Origin: Octopus sinensis | Lineage: Eukaryota | Assembly: GCF_006345805.1 (NCBI RefSeq) | Contig: NC_042999.1 | Coordinates: forward strand, 6,696,001 to 6,760,000 | DNA length: 64,000 bases | Direction: 5' to 3' | Shown: piece after piece, positions 51,732 through 64,000 of the stretch | How the letters are laid out: each line of letters begins with the position of its first letter | Numbering within the stretch: the stretch's first letter is position 1 | Notes under the pieces: model-generated | Told to the model about the DNA's origin: nothing | What the model saw: the letters and a program-made list of their open reading frames with translations, nothing else | Database searches by the model: none | Program-made: the position numbers and the translations under genes

Positions 51732-51829
51732 TACTACTACTACTACTCTACTACTACTAGTAGTAGTACTACTACTGCTGCTGCTGCTGCTGCTGAAATT
51801 GGTTTAGGTTCCAAAAGGAGTTTCAAAGA

Positions 51830-52115
51830 GTAGCGTCTCTGCCTTCCGTAGCTAGTTTTCCACCCATTTCTTAATAATCATGGTAGAGGCCTTGGTCTCG
51901 GAATCATTTATGTCTAGAAAGTGAGGTTGGAGGTAAATAAGGGCATACGCCCCGTAGAAAATCCAGCTCCAAAAAAGCCTCTCATGATAGCAAAGGAGAA
52001 TGGGCACCAGTCAGCGCAAAGGTTGGGGTGGGCTGCACCAGCCTACATCGGTTGCTATGGCACTGAGGTAGATCCGGCCACCACCGTTAACGGGGACAAA
52101 ATCCAGATTTAAAAC
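51830..52115 (+). mobile_element. Degraded SINE-like repeat
   Basis: AAGGGCATACGCCCGTAGAAAA motif similar to 10030-10258. Confidence 0.35.
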
Positions 52116-52779
52116 ACTGGATGATGTTGATGAAGATTTTGCAAGGAAAATTCAATATGCACTAAGTCTAGTCTGGATTTGTCATAAGGATATATTCTTA
52201 AGAATGAATAGTAACCGGGTTTCACCAAACTGTGTACAAAACTTGTTTTAACAACGAATACTTCTTTGCTTTTATGATATACAGATATTGTTAGCACTGC
52301 TTGTCTATCATATCAAGAAGCATTAAAATAGAATCGTCTTCTTAAGAAACACCGAAAAGTACCAGAAAAAGGTTCGGAAGGTTCTTAAAACAAAACAAAC
52401 TTGAGGTAACGTGATTGAAACAATCAATAGGTGTGTCCCTCGTATAAGTGAGTATAAAAACAGAATCATTACAAGTGTTACGTTATGATATTTTTGTCAC
52501 AAGAAAATTTCGCAACGAGAAAACTGTCGAGACACCATAAAATCCATTCGTTTGTTCTATTTATTGTAGTATGCTATGGTCAAGGTTTCATTTAAATTTG
52601 GATGTTCTCGCATTTACGGAATACCAAAACAGCAATAAACCTCACTTCACTGATGATTCCTTCGCTATTTCAATTGATTGATTTCCACTTGATTTTATGT
52701 CATTTTGTCTGACCACCATACTTGGTGTATTTCACTTTTGATATGTCTAGACGTATTCAATAACTCTTTATCAAATTGA

Positions 52780-52793
52780 TATATATATATACG

Positions 52794-52824
<31 letters not shown>

Positions 52825-52825
52825 G

Positions 52826-52864
<39 letters not shown>

Positions 52865-52909
52865 TATATTTATTGATAACTATACATATATATAGATATA
52901 TATATGATA

Positions 52910-52954
<45 letters not shown>

Positions 52955-53340
52955 ATATATATATACATACATACATACATATATATGTATATGTATACAA
53001 AATTATGTATATATATATACATACATATATACAAATATATATACTTATATGCCTGCGTATGTATGTATGTACCTATCGTATATATCTATCTCTATCTTTA
53101 TACATAGATACATATGTCACAAGTTGTATATATGTATATATATACGTGTATATATATACGCATATATACATACATATATATGCATACAAACATACGTACA
53201 GACGTATATATATATATGCATGCATATATATACATATATACATATGTATGTATATATACATACATGTATATATGTATGTATGTATATATATATGTATATA
53301 TACATATGTATGTATATATACATACATGTATATATGTATG

Positions 53341-53375
<35 letters not shown>

Positions 53376-53393
53376 ATATATATATATTATATA

Positions 53394-53427
<34 letters not shown>

Positions 53428-53434
53428 TAATATA

Positions 53435-53469
<35 letters not shown>

Positions 53470-53480
53470 CGTACACACAC
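52780..53480. repeat. About 700 bp TA/TACA/TATG microsatellite
   Basis: Direct reading. Confidence 0.95.
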
Positions 53481-54379
53481 CTTAGATTACAATATTTCAA
53501 TGTCCTTCTAAAATATAAGGACAAAGAAAACTTACGAAATCAAAGGGAAAAGAACATCTCAAACAGATTGCTCTTGTATCTGAAATGTTGTTTATTTTAA
53601 CTAATTCATAATTAACAATACTGAATTATTTATATCGATTTAAAATAATAATATTTTCCTGTATGGCTTCTATTCATATCTGAAAAATATATTTGCAATT
53701 AAGATTCTTCTTTTACAATAAGGGGAAAAAATATATTTATTGAAATGCATAATTAACCAACAATTGTTCGGACTTAAGTATGAAACAAAATGATAAGATT
53801 GGGAGAGATTTAAAAGGATTTAATTTGTAGAAAAACAATCTTTTGGGGGAACAATATCAGGAGGAAAGATATTTTCTGAAAAGAACCAATTTTGAAGATA
53901 ACCGAGAACAATAGGGAACAATAGAAACAAGAGAAAAAAGATTTTGAAAAAAATATCGTATCTTTGTTTAATAATAGCCGACATATAGGTTGGTTGGTTG
54001 AATGCTCCTGTCACACTTCACACACACACAGATACAGGCACAGACACACACACACAGATACAGGCACAGACATACACATGTACACACATATAGGCACAGA
54101 CAGACTTTTTGATTCTTTTATTCCTTTATCTTGTTCTAGCCATGCGGCGGCTGCGAGTGACTACACCTAGTGATGGCGATAAACAATCACCCTGAAATAT
54201 ATCACGTCTGATGTTCACTTTCATCAGCCTTTGTTTTTCCAATCAATTCAGTATTCCAAAGTTTCATACTTTCATTAAACACTTTCTCCATGTTTTTCTG
54301 CTGCGCAAAACATGTTCATTGCTTTAACTACCCAACTGTGCACCGTCATGTCATCTGCTGTTTTGTTATGCATCTAACT

Positions 54380-54893
54380 AGAAAGGGTATGGCCTGGTCA
54401 GCCTGTAACGACATGCATAAGATCTGGTCATCAAATCTAAGCAGAGACTTCAAACTTGAAATCTTCAAAGCCACAGTCGAACCAATTCTACTATATATCT
54501 CAGAAACCTGGATGTTATCAAAGAAGCTTGAGAGGCGGTTGGATGGAACTTACACTCGCCTCCTTATGAGAGCTCAAAATCTCTCGTGGAAGCGCCATCC
54601 AACAAAAATGCAAATATATGGGAAACTACCACCTGTGTCATCTCTTGTGAAAGGTAGGAGAGTCCAGTTTGCTGGACATTGTTGTAGAGCTGAAAACGAG
54701 GTAATTTCTATTCTTCTCCTCTGGAAGCCATCTACTCGCAATACCAGAGGGCACACACTCTCCTACCCTGATGTAATCTCCAGGAATACAGGCATCCAGC
54801 AACAGGACCTCCGTAATGATGGACCGTGAAGTCTGGCGTAGCATGGTAAATTCCATTGTCTCGACCACGGTCGAACAATGATGAATGATGATG
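54380..54893 (+). mobile_element. 5'-truncated RTE-like LINE 3' end
   Basis: RKGMAWSACNDMHKIWSSNLSRDFKLEIFKATVEPILLY..RRVQFAGHC..DREVWR; (TGA)n tail. Confidence 0.88.
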
Positions 54894-55056
54894 CATCCAT
54901 GCCACACCCAGTCCCGTCAATCTGTGTCTGTAATTTCTAATTATCATATTTTATCAACAAACAGTTGGTCTCCAGTTGCTCTTCTTTGCTTCCTGCAACC
55001 CTTCTCTCCCACCCGAACGAAATTGTTACTTTCCTGATGATGGCATAACTTTTCCA

Positions 55057-55469
55057 GCGACGAGCTGGCTGTTACGTTGGCACGCCGGGAGAAATGCTTA
55101 GCAGTATTTCGTCTGCCGTTACGTTCTGAGTTCAAATTCCACCGTGGTCAACTTTGCCTTTCACCCTTTCGGGGTAGATTAAATAAGTACCAGTTACGCA
55201 CTGGGGTCGATGTAATCGACTTAATCCGCTTGTTTGTCTTGTTTCTCCTCTCTGTGTTTAGCCCCTTGTGGGTAATAAAGAAATAGGTATTTCGCCTGCC
55301 GCTACGATCTGAGTTCAAATTCTGCCGAGGTCAACTTTGCCTTTCATCCTTTCGGGATCGATTAAATAAGTACCAGTTACGCACTGGGGTCGATATAATC
55401 GACTTCATCCGTCTGTCTGTCCTTGTTTGTCCCCTCTGTGTTTAGCCCCTTCTCGGCAGTAAAGAAATA
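55057..55469 (+). mobile_element. SINE-A, head + two units
   Basis: TSD GGCATAACTTTTCCA / CGTATAACTTTTCCA at 55042-55056 and 55470-55484. Confidence 0.9.
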
Positions 55470-55599
55470 CGTATAACTTTTCCACCTAGACACCCATCAT
55501 AAGCTTCAACATAAGCGGCAAACAAGTTATAAGTCGAAAACTTGATTCCAACTTACCCATCAAGAGGCCTTTGAGACATAACAACATTCATCCACTTGA

Positions 55600-55980
55600 C
55601 GTCCATGTAGGAAAGCGTCCCAGCTGCAGGCATCCACAAAGGTGATCATTTCATTTAACTGTGTAGAATTCTTCAGTCAATACCTTTGTACACCATCTGG
55701 GCCGGTCCTTTCCAATTTGCTGCATTTTAACTTCAATTACATTAAATATAGATGAATTCCGACGCCATTTTGTATTGGTACAATTGCAAGTTATCTCTTC
55801 ACCTGTGTTAGCCGCTCTGTGCCTTCTTTATGTCTCATTAACCTGTCTCAAATTTCTCCCCAAAACATTTTACTTCATTCCACATCAGGAATCCCTTCCA
55901 GATGTTCCCATTCTATTCCATTCACAAAGCCATATTCTACTCGATTGAAACAACCTAATCTGTTTGGCCTTTAACGTCGC
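55600..55980 (-). pseudogene. R4/Dong-like ORF fragment upstream of RT, inverted
   Basis: RLFQS..PDVE*SKMFWGEI..NWK.PGPDGVQ.Y*LK motifs across frameshifts. Confidence 0.65.
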
Positions 55981-55989
55981 CATCGTTTA

Positions 55990-56411
55990 TAGCAATTCGA
56001 AAAAGAAACCGAAGCGTTAAGCTATACGACTTTGGAAAGTGAACATCAGACCTGGGATATCCCGAGCTGATTGCCTATCTCCATTATTATTTGTATTGCC
56101 ATAATATCGTTCAGACTAAATTTACGGAAAGTCAAAATAGTTTATGGTTTGGGAAACGGGTGTGGAGGAGCGTGGCTTAGTGGTTAGGGCGTCAGACTCA
56201 TGGTCATAAGATTGTGGTTTCGATTCCTGGACCGGGCGACGCGTTGTGTTCTTGAGCAAAACACTCCATTTCACATTGCTCCAGTCCACTTAGCTGGCAA
56301 AAATGCGTAAACCTGCTTCGAACCAGCGTCCCGTCCAGGTGGGGAACATATATACGCCATTGAAACCGGGAAACCGGCTCTCATGAGCCTGGTATGGCTC
56401 GAGAAGGAAAC

Positions 56412-56453
<42 letters not shown>

Positions 56454-56743
56454 GTGAGAGACATAAAGTGACACTGGGGTAAAATATACGAAGCCCAATA
56501 TACCCATCATGACTACACGTCTGATAAGGGTACACCAGGCACATGCATCACAACCATATGTGCGCGACATGGTGATCTCATATCAAGATAAACAGCACAT
56601 GACCTTGCAGATGGGGCCGTTAGAATTTTCTTCAGGTTGAGTAGCCCATCCCGCTCAAACGGTCCCTGAATAAGGGTTGTTTAAGGATGTTGAACGAAAC
56701 ACCCATGTTTCCAAAGGTGAATTATTCAAACCCCAAAGAATCC

Positions 56744-56793
<50 letters not shown>

Positions 56794-57005
56794 TGGGAAA
56801 TGGATATGGTCAAATAAATCATCATCTACTCATGGTTGATTTAAAGCTTTATGGGGAAAAGGAGAGTCCGCCACAAAATCTTGTACACACTGTTCGCACT
56901 TTGTTAAATAATATAGGAATGGAATTCGGGTTTAAAAAGTGCGCTATTCTGATAATAAAACGGGGAAGATTTGAAGGAAACCAGGAAATTGAAATGCCAT
57001 TATTA
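55990..57005 (+). pseudogene. R4/Dong-like RT fragment split by an insertion
   Basis: VNIRPGI..DCLSPLLFV..LRKVK before the insert and INHHLLMVDLKLYG..IGMEFGFKKCAIL after it. Confidence 0.75.
56162..56792 (+). mobile_element. Composite insert: SINE-C'/T3 + (TAT)n + unclassified 300 bp module + (TAT)n
   Basis: Flanked by TTGGGAAA(C/T)GG(G/A)T at 56149-56161 and 56793-56805. Confidence 0.78.
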
Positions 57006-57732
57006 TTCTGAAAGAATGACTCGGAAAATTACTTAAAAGTAATGTTTAAGAAAATTATAGTTTTTTTATTTATATAAAATATAAATGAATTTTTAACCAG
57101 GAAATTTAAGAAGACAACGCAACAAATAGTGAAAGTAAACCAAAGCACTGAAAAACTTATTCGATTCCGATCGGTTGAATTCTTTGGAAAGCCAAAGATA
57201 CCTTGCGAAATAGTCTTTATTCTATCTACTGAATCTTATGTAAGCTATAATTGACTAATTCCGTAATTTCTGAGAATTTTTCCAATTCATTTAAAACCAG
57301 TTCTATATTTCTGAAAAAATAAAGTTGTTTCATAATATTTTAAAGAATGGTATTTATTTTGGGAATTCAATTATCTATGAGAGACCATTATTTTCACAAA
57401 GAAACCATTTATATTTGCAGTTTAGAAATACGATGAACGATAATGGTAGTTTCAAACGAGAAATTTTGATCGTTTTGTGTTATTTGTCTAATTAAAAAAA
57501 AAAAAGGCAAAAACAAAACATCCAACTTAAAAATAAAAAAAGGTTCGAAACTGCATGATTTCGTGTTCAATTCCACTGCACACGTCATCTTGGGCGAATG
57601 TCTCCCACTATAGTTCTGCACCAATTACTGCCTCGAAAATGAATTTAGTAGACATAGACTGTCAACGTGCTCACACACACACACGCACACACACACACAC
57701 ACGCGCACACACAGACGCAGACGCACGTATAT

Positions 57733-57944
57733 ATTCTTTTATTTTTTGTTTCAGTCATTTGACTGCGGCCATGCTGGAGCACCACCTTGAGTGGAACAAA
57801 TAGACGCCAGGACTTATTCTTTGTAAGCCCAGTACTTATTCTATCGGATCCTTTTGCCGAACCACTAAGTTACGAGGACGTAAACACACCAATATCAGTT
57901 GTCAAGTGATAGTGGGTGGATGGGGGGGGGAAGCAGACACACAA

Positions 57945-58012
<68 letters not shown>

Positions 58013-58162
58013 GGCTTCTTTCAGTTTCGGTCTACCAAATCCACTCACAAGGTTTTGATCGGCCCGAGGCTATAGTAGAAGACACTTGACCATGGTGCCA
58101 TGCAGTGGGACTAAACCCAGAACCATGAGGTTGGTAAGCAAGCTTCTTACTCTACAGCCACC
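57733..58162 (-). mobile_element. SINE-B, full length
   Basis: Head, internal AC/TA repeat, tail. Confidence 0.9.
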
Positions 58163-58328
58163 GCAGAGATGTGTGTGCGTGTTTGCTTTTACTTGTCGTA
58201 AATTGCGTCCCTCTCTACGTTCCTGCAACTAACCGGTTCTGTAAAAGACGAATCGATATAAAAAGGACCAGGCTTCTGCTAAGCCCTTCAAGGCGATACT
58301 CCAGCATGGCCGCACTCCGATGACTGAA

Positions 58329-58404
58329 TTAACGATCTTGAGTTGGATTTAAACGGCGTCTTCTTCTATATTTATGTTTCTCCTTGAAATTCTCGTCGAT
58401 TTGT
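58329..58404 (-). CDS. Candidate short terminal exon (QIDENFKEKHKYRRRRRLNPTQDR*)
   Basis: Acceptor TTCCTTGTTTCTTGCAG| at 58405; phase-1 frame open to TAA; no homology recognised. Confidence 0.2.
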
Positions 58405-58539
58405 CTGCAAGAAACAAGGAACTCTTCAAGATTTTAGCGAAGTGTCGAACGTAAATTTACTTCCAAAATGAAACGGAACTATTCCTCAATGAAGGCCTCA
58501 TGATTCCTTCTTCAGAAGATAATCCTTTTTATTATATGC

Positions 58540-58727
58540 ACAAGGTCTGAAGTTTTGGGGGAGGGGATTCGTCGATTACACCGACCCCAGAATTTCACTG
58601 GTACTTAATTTTTCGACGCCGAAAGGATGAAAAGCAAAATCGACCTCGGTGGAATTTGAACTGAGAACGGAATTTGAACACAGAAGTATTTTGTCCAGCG
58701 TGCTAACGACTCTGCCATCTCGCCACC
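58540..58727 (-). mobile_element. Degraded SINE-A
   Basis: Central domain and head recognisable. Confidence 0.7.
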
Positions 58728-59155
58728 TTCTTCTTCAGAGGATAATGTTTTGGAAGACAACCTCAAAATTGGTTTCATGCGACCATGCTGGGGCAACGCC
58801 CTCGAAGGATTTCAGTCGTTCGCAAATTGACCATCGGTTTAAGGGGAGATAACTTGGCTCGACACAACTATTTTTATAACGGTTCAAGTCCTGCGCACAC
58901 AGCCCACACACGCATACAGGCACACACTCACACAAACACACACACACATACACACACATGTAACCGCCCGCTGCAAGGGATCTCTCTGAAAATTGTCAGT
59001 CATAAGTTATTGGATAATACAATATAAGAATGCTTTTGTCTAGTGCGTCGAACAAAGAGATCGAAACGGACTACGTGGTGCCGAAGAAAACTACACAATA
59101 CATAACCATCCTTGCGCGTGTGAGTGGAGAAAACTTACACACACGTACATAGATG

Positions 59156-59203
<48 letters not shown>

Positions 59204-59224
59204 TGCATCTGTTATCTACTATCT

Positions 59225-59700
59225 ATTACTTGTTTCAGTCATTAGACTGCGGCCATGCTGGGGCACCGCTTTCAAGAATTTTTAGTGGACTGAATCGACG
59301 ATCCTAGTACTTGATTTCAACCTGGTACTTATTCTGTCTATCCCTTTTACCGAACCGCTAAGTTATGGGGACGCAAGTACGTTGATACTGTTTGTCAAGT
59401 GGTGGTGGTGGTGGTGGGGAAATGCAGACACACACACATACATGCACACACACGGACATACACACACATGCACACTCACACATACACGTACACACACATG
59501 CGCACATACACAAACACATATACACACATACACACAATTAATTATATGCGACGGGCTTCTTACAGTATCCGTCTACCGAATCCACTTACAAGGCTTTAAT
59601 CGACTCAAGGTTATAGTGGAAGTAACATACCCAAGGCGCCACAGTGGGATTGAACACGGAACCATATGGTTGGGAAGCAAACTTCTTACCACACAGCCGC
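59225..59700 (-). mobile_element. Degraded SINE-B with expanded internal microsatellite
   Basis: Tail at left, head at right, about 130 bp AC-rich interior. Confidence 0.8.
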
Positions 59701-59704
59701 ATTT

Positions 59705-60115
<411 letters not shown>

Positions 60116-60317
60116 CCACTGAAGTAAACCATTAAAACAAATTACATACTTTAGTTATGTAATTGTTATGTTGGTTTTATTAACAACAAATAATTTTAAT
60201 AAGTCAAAGCAAAACAGAACAAAACAAAGGAAAAAAGAATACAAAACAGACAAAACTCGAACAAATATTCTCTGTGAAGATTCCACAAAACATTGATTAT
60301 ATTAGGGTATGCATCAA

Positions 60318-60607
60318 TAATAATAATAATAATGGCAATAATAATGATAATAATAATAATAATAACAATAATGGTAATATAATAATAATAATAATAATAA
60401 TAATATAATGGTAATAATGATAATAATAATATAATAATAATAATAATAATAATCATAATGATAATGATGATAATAATAATAATAATAACAATAATGGTAA
60501 TAATAATATAATAATATAATAATAATAATATATAATAATAATGATAATGATGATAATAATATAATAATAATAACAATAATGGTAATAATAATAATAATAA
60601 TAATAAT

Positions 60608-60641
<34 letters not shown>

Positions 60642-60674
60642 GTAATAATGATAATAATAATAATAATAACAATA

Positions 60675-60705
<31 letters not shown>

Positions 60706-60710
60706 CAATA

Positions 60711-60746
<36 letters not shown>

Positions 60747-60845
60747 GCAATAATGATAATGATAATAATAATAATAATGGTAATAATGATAATATAATAA
60801 CAATAATGGTAATAATAATAATAATAATAACAATAATGGTAATAC

Positions 60846-60877
<32 letters not shown>

Positions 60878-60987
60878 TAATAATAATATAATGGTAATAA
60901 AATAATAATAATAATATGGTAATAATAATAATAATAATAATAATATAATATAATAATGATAATAATAATAATAATAATAATAATAAT

Positions 60988-61031
<44 letters not shown>

Positions 61032-61150
61032 TAATAATAATAATAGACGACAACGATGATGATGGCGATTATAACATCAACTCTAATAATAATATAATAA
61101 TAATAATAATAATAATAATGATAATAATAATAATAATAATAATATTGATA
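60318..61150. repeat. (AAT)n array with recurrent AAC/GAT/GGT variant triplets
   Basis: Direct reading. Confidence 0.96.
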
Positions 61151-61767
61151 TTATAGCGAAACAAAAGTTGGAATAATGTTTCTGCAAATCTAGGGAATGC
61201 CATGATTGTATTTATAACGAGAACAGGGAGAAGTATTTTATCAACAAATACGAGTTGGGATATAATTATCTGTAAATAAAACAAATCAACTTTGGAAAAA
61301 TATCATTCTTAACAAATACAATAAATTAATTACCAAGAAATATTATATAAAAATCTATGTATTAAAGAATGGCAATAAAAAAAATAACAATGTTATTATT
61401 AATAAATACACAATATAGATAATTTTATTATCCGTATAGAAATTTTTGAAAATTTGATCAGAAACAAATAAAATATTTAGAAATAAAATTATCGGTAAAT
61501 GCGGTAAAAGAAATGTAGTTAGGAAGAAACACGCTATATAAAGCAGCTAATTATTCAGAGGAATACAATGGAAATGGAATTATCAAGATTCTAACAGATT
61601 AATAAAATATATTAAAATAATTATGAATTTATGCAGAATGCCTGATATAGAATAATTTATCGAATATAGCGTGTAATCCATTAATCTTGTGGATCGAGCG
61701 TTAATACAGGTTAACTACTTCAAATTGGGCAATTTGTCATCCGGCTCCACTGCTGATTTACAATGTA

Positions 61768-61814
<47 letters not shown>

Positions 61815-61902
61815 AAGAAAACGAGAGAAATAAAGGGAGGGTGAGGAGATATGGCGAGTTGTGCAAGAATATGAAATATGATAGAATTTGAAAAATTTAC
61901 CC

Positions 61903-62195
61903 TTCCGTTCTAAGATATGTCGCTATATACCTCAATATTCTGAAGGTTGCAGATACCAAGATCGACCAATTCCATTCTGAGATACGTCGATATGTATCTC
62001 AATATTCTGGAGGTTGCAGATACCAAGATCTACCTATCCTGTTCTAAGATATGTCGCTACGTACCTCAATATTCTAGAAGTTATAGGCACCAAGATTTAC
62101 CGATTCCGTTTTAGACATGTCGCTATGTACTTCAAAATTCTAGAGGTTGCAGATGCCAAGATCTACCAGTTCTGCTTTAGTAGGTTACAGATGCC
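61903..62195. repeat. 67 bp minisatellite, four full units plus a partial one
   Basis: Unit starts at 61903, 61970, 62037, 62104. Confidence 0.92.
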
Positions 62196-62263
62196 AATGT
62201 AAACCAAAACAGCTATTTGGTAAAGTGCTTGTTTCTACATCAAATTATTCGTAATATTTCATA

Positions 62264-62795
62264 GCAGAATCGTTAGCACGCCCGGAAAAATGCTTAGCCG
62301 TATTTCGTCTGCCGTTACGTTCTGAGTTCAAATTCCACCGAGGTCGACTTTGCCTTTCGTACTTTCGGGGTCGAATAAATAAGTACCAGTTACGCACTGG
62401 TGTCGATATAATCGACTTAATCCGTTTGTCTGTCCTTGTTTGTCCCCTCTGTGTTTAGCCCCTTGTGGGTAGTAAAGAAATTCCGTCGAGGTCGACTTTG
62501 CCTTTCATCCTTTCGGGGTCGATTAAATAAGTATCAGTTACGCACTGGGGTCGATATAATCGACTTAATCCGTTTGTCTGTCTTTGTTTGTCCTCTCTGT
62601 GTTTAGCCCCTTCTGGGTAGTAAAGAAATAGGTATTTCGTCCTTCTTTATGTTCTGAGTTCAAATTTCACCGAGATCTGCTTTCATCATTTCGGGGCCGA
62701 TAAAATAAGTAATAGTTAAACCCTGGGGTCGATGAAATCGACTTACACCCTCCCCCGAAAATTGCTGGCCTTGCGCTAAAATTTAAAACTAATAT
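62264..62795 (+). mobile_element. SINE-A: partial head + A1 unit + shortened A1 unit + A2 unit
   Basis: Junctions at about 62480 (AAAT) and about 62631 (GGTA). Confidence 0.88.
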
Positions 62796-62991
62796 TCCAT
62801 AGCTGTTTAACCTTTTCTCAAAATTCCAACTTAAATTATTGACAGAGTATTGTGAAAGATGGGGATAACCTGATGAACAGCAGAATTTGTAGAGATCCGT
62901 AGGCAATGATTTATAGCATTCAACTCTAAGTGGTAATATGCAGTCTAAGAATACAATGAACAAGGAACATATTTCCTAATAATTCTTCATC

Positions 62992-63400
62992 GGAGTGGCT
63001 GTGTGGTAAATAGCTTGCTTACGAACCACAGGGTTCCGGGTTCAGTCCCACTGCGTGGCACCTTGGCCAAGTGTCTTCTACTATAGCCTCGGGCAGACCA
63101 AAGCCTTGTGAGTGGATTTGGTAGACGGAAACTGAAAGAAGCCCGTCGTATATATGCATATATATATTTATGTATAATTGTGTGTCTATATGTTTGTGTG
63201 TCTGTTTGCTCCCCCAACATCGCTTGACAACCGATGCTGGTGTGTTTACGCCCCCGTAACTTAGCAGTTCGGCAAAAGACCAATAGAATAAGTACTAGGC
63301 TTACAAAGAATAAGTCATGGGGTCGATTTGCTCGACTAAAGGCGGTGCTCCAGCATGGCCACAGTCACTTGACTGAAACAGGTAAAAGAGTAAAAGAGTA
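62992..63400 (+). mobile_element. SINE-B, full length
   Basis: Near-consensus; (AAAAGAGT)2 end. Confidence 0.93.
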
Positions 63401-63559
63401 AATCAGACAACATCCTGCCACTATAATTACTGGTACAGACGATAGAGCTCTTACTTCAAATACTATCAAGGAATTTGAGGAGGAGACGGTGAACTAGACA
63501 CAACTTCATGTCGTCAATGATGGCAGTAAGAATGTGTTTATAGATTTTCAATTAACCAA

Positions 63560-63810
63560 ACGAAGACTTTAAATAATCAAAGAATGCCAACATGGAATGT
63601 GTAAATTACTTCAAATATCTGGGATTATGGATAGAAAGTTCAAAGAGAAATATTGAAGTAAGAATCGAATTGGTATGGTCAGTAATGAGCAAGATGTCCA
63701 CAGAACGGGAAACGAATCTGTCTAATGAACTCAAAATACAGTTTTTAGATTTGCTGTGGACAGCAGATTGATACATGGAAGTGAAAGCTGGATAATTAAG
63801 AAAGCAATTA
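63560..63810 (+). pseudogene. Decayed RTE-like ORF2 fragment
   Basis: ECVNYFKYLGLWIESS..VR..WS..NLS..LK..GSESW, homologous to 54380. Confidence 0.7.
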
Positions 63811-64000
63811 GTACCTAAAATTACAACCTGCAACAGAGGACCGTACTCCTGACATGTAAATGTGACTCTGGTCTTGGTTCTGTAAATTTTTGATAATTCC
63901 TCGTATTGTGTTGTGATGTGCTTCCTGCTACCTCGTCTCCTTAGGTTAGATGGAATATAAAGAGTGAAAGGCTAACTACTTGTTACTCTGGTGCCTTATT

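Noticed and set aside
60196-61053. 285 aa ORF, the longest in the window
   Set aside because: Antisense reading of the (AAT)n array.

Overview
AT-rich, microsatellite-dense animal genomic DNA; the repeat landscape suggests an octopus or other coleoid cephalopod (inference). No intact protein-coding gene, rRNA, tRNA or CRISPR array is supported, and almost all ORF-track entries are translated microsatellites. The window is a mosaic of transposons. There are three groups of tRNA-derived SINEs, here called A, B and C/C' (about 40 copies). Other elements: a decayed mariner, non-autonomous Helitrons, hAT and TA-flanked MITEs, Penelope-like remnants with inverted pseudo-LTRs and hammerhead-like motifs, and CR1-like, RTE-like and R4/Dong-like LINE fragments. 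A few low-confidence host exon candidates are listed. Most striking observations: (1) SINE-A forms head + (184 bp)n arrays that re-enter at an internal GGTA, and four of its six readable target-site duplications also begin with GGTA, pointing to one microhomology-driven priming/template-jump mechanism; (2) a Tc2/pogo-like MITE whose TIR motif has grown into a 1.4 kb satellite of 17 bp monomers with 68 bp higher-order repeats; (3) SINE-B shares its 3' stem-loop tail with CR1-like LINE ends in the same window; (4) a near-perfect 153 bp palindrome centred on a hammerhead-like core. Family labels are working names, and many repeat boundaries are approximate.
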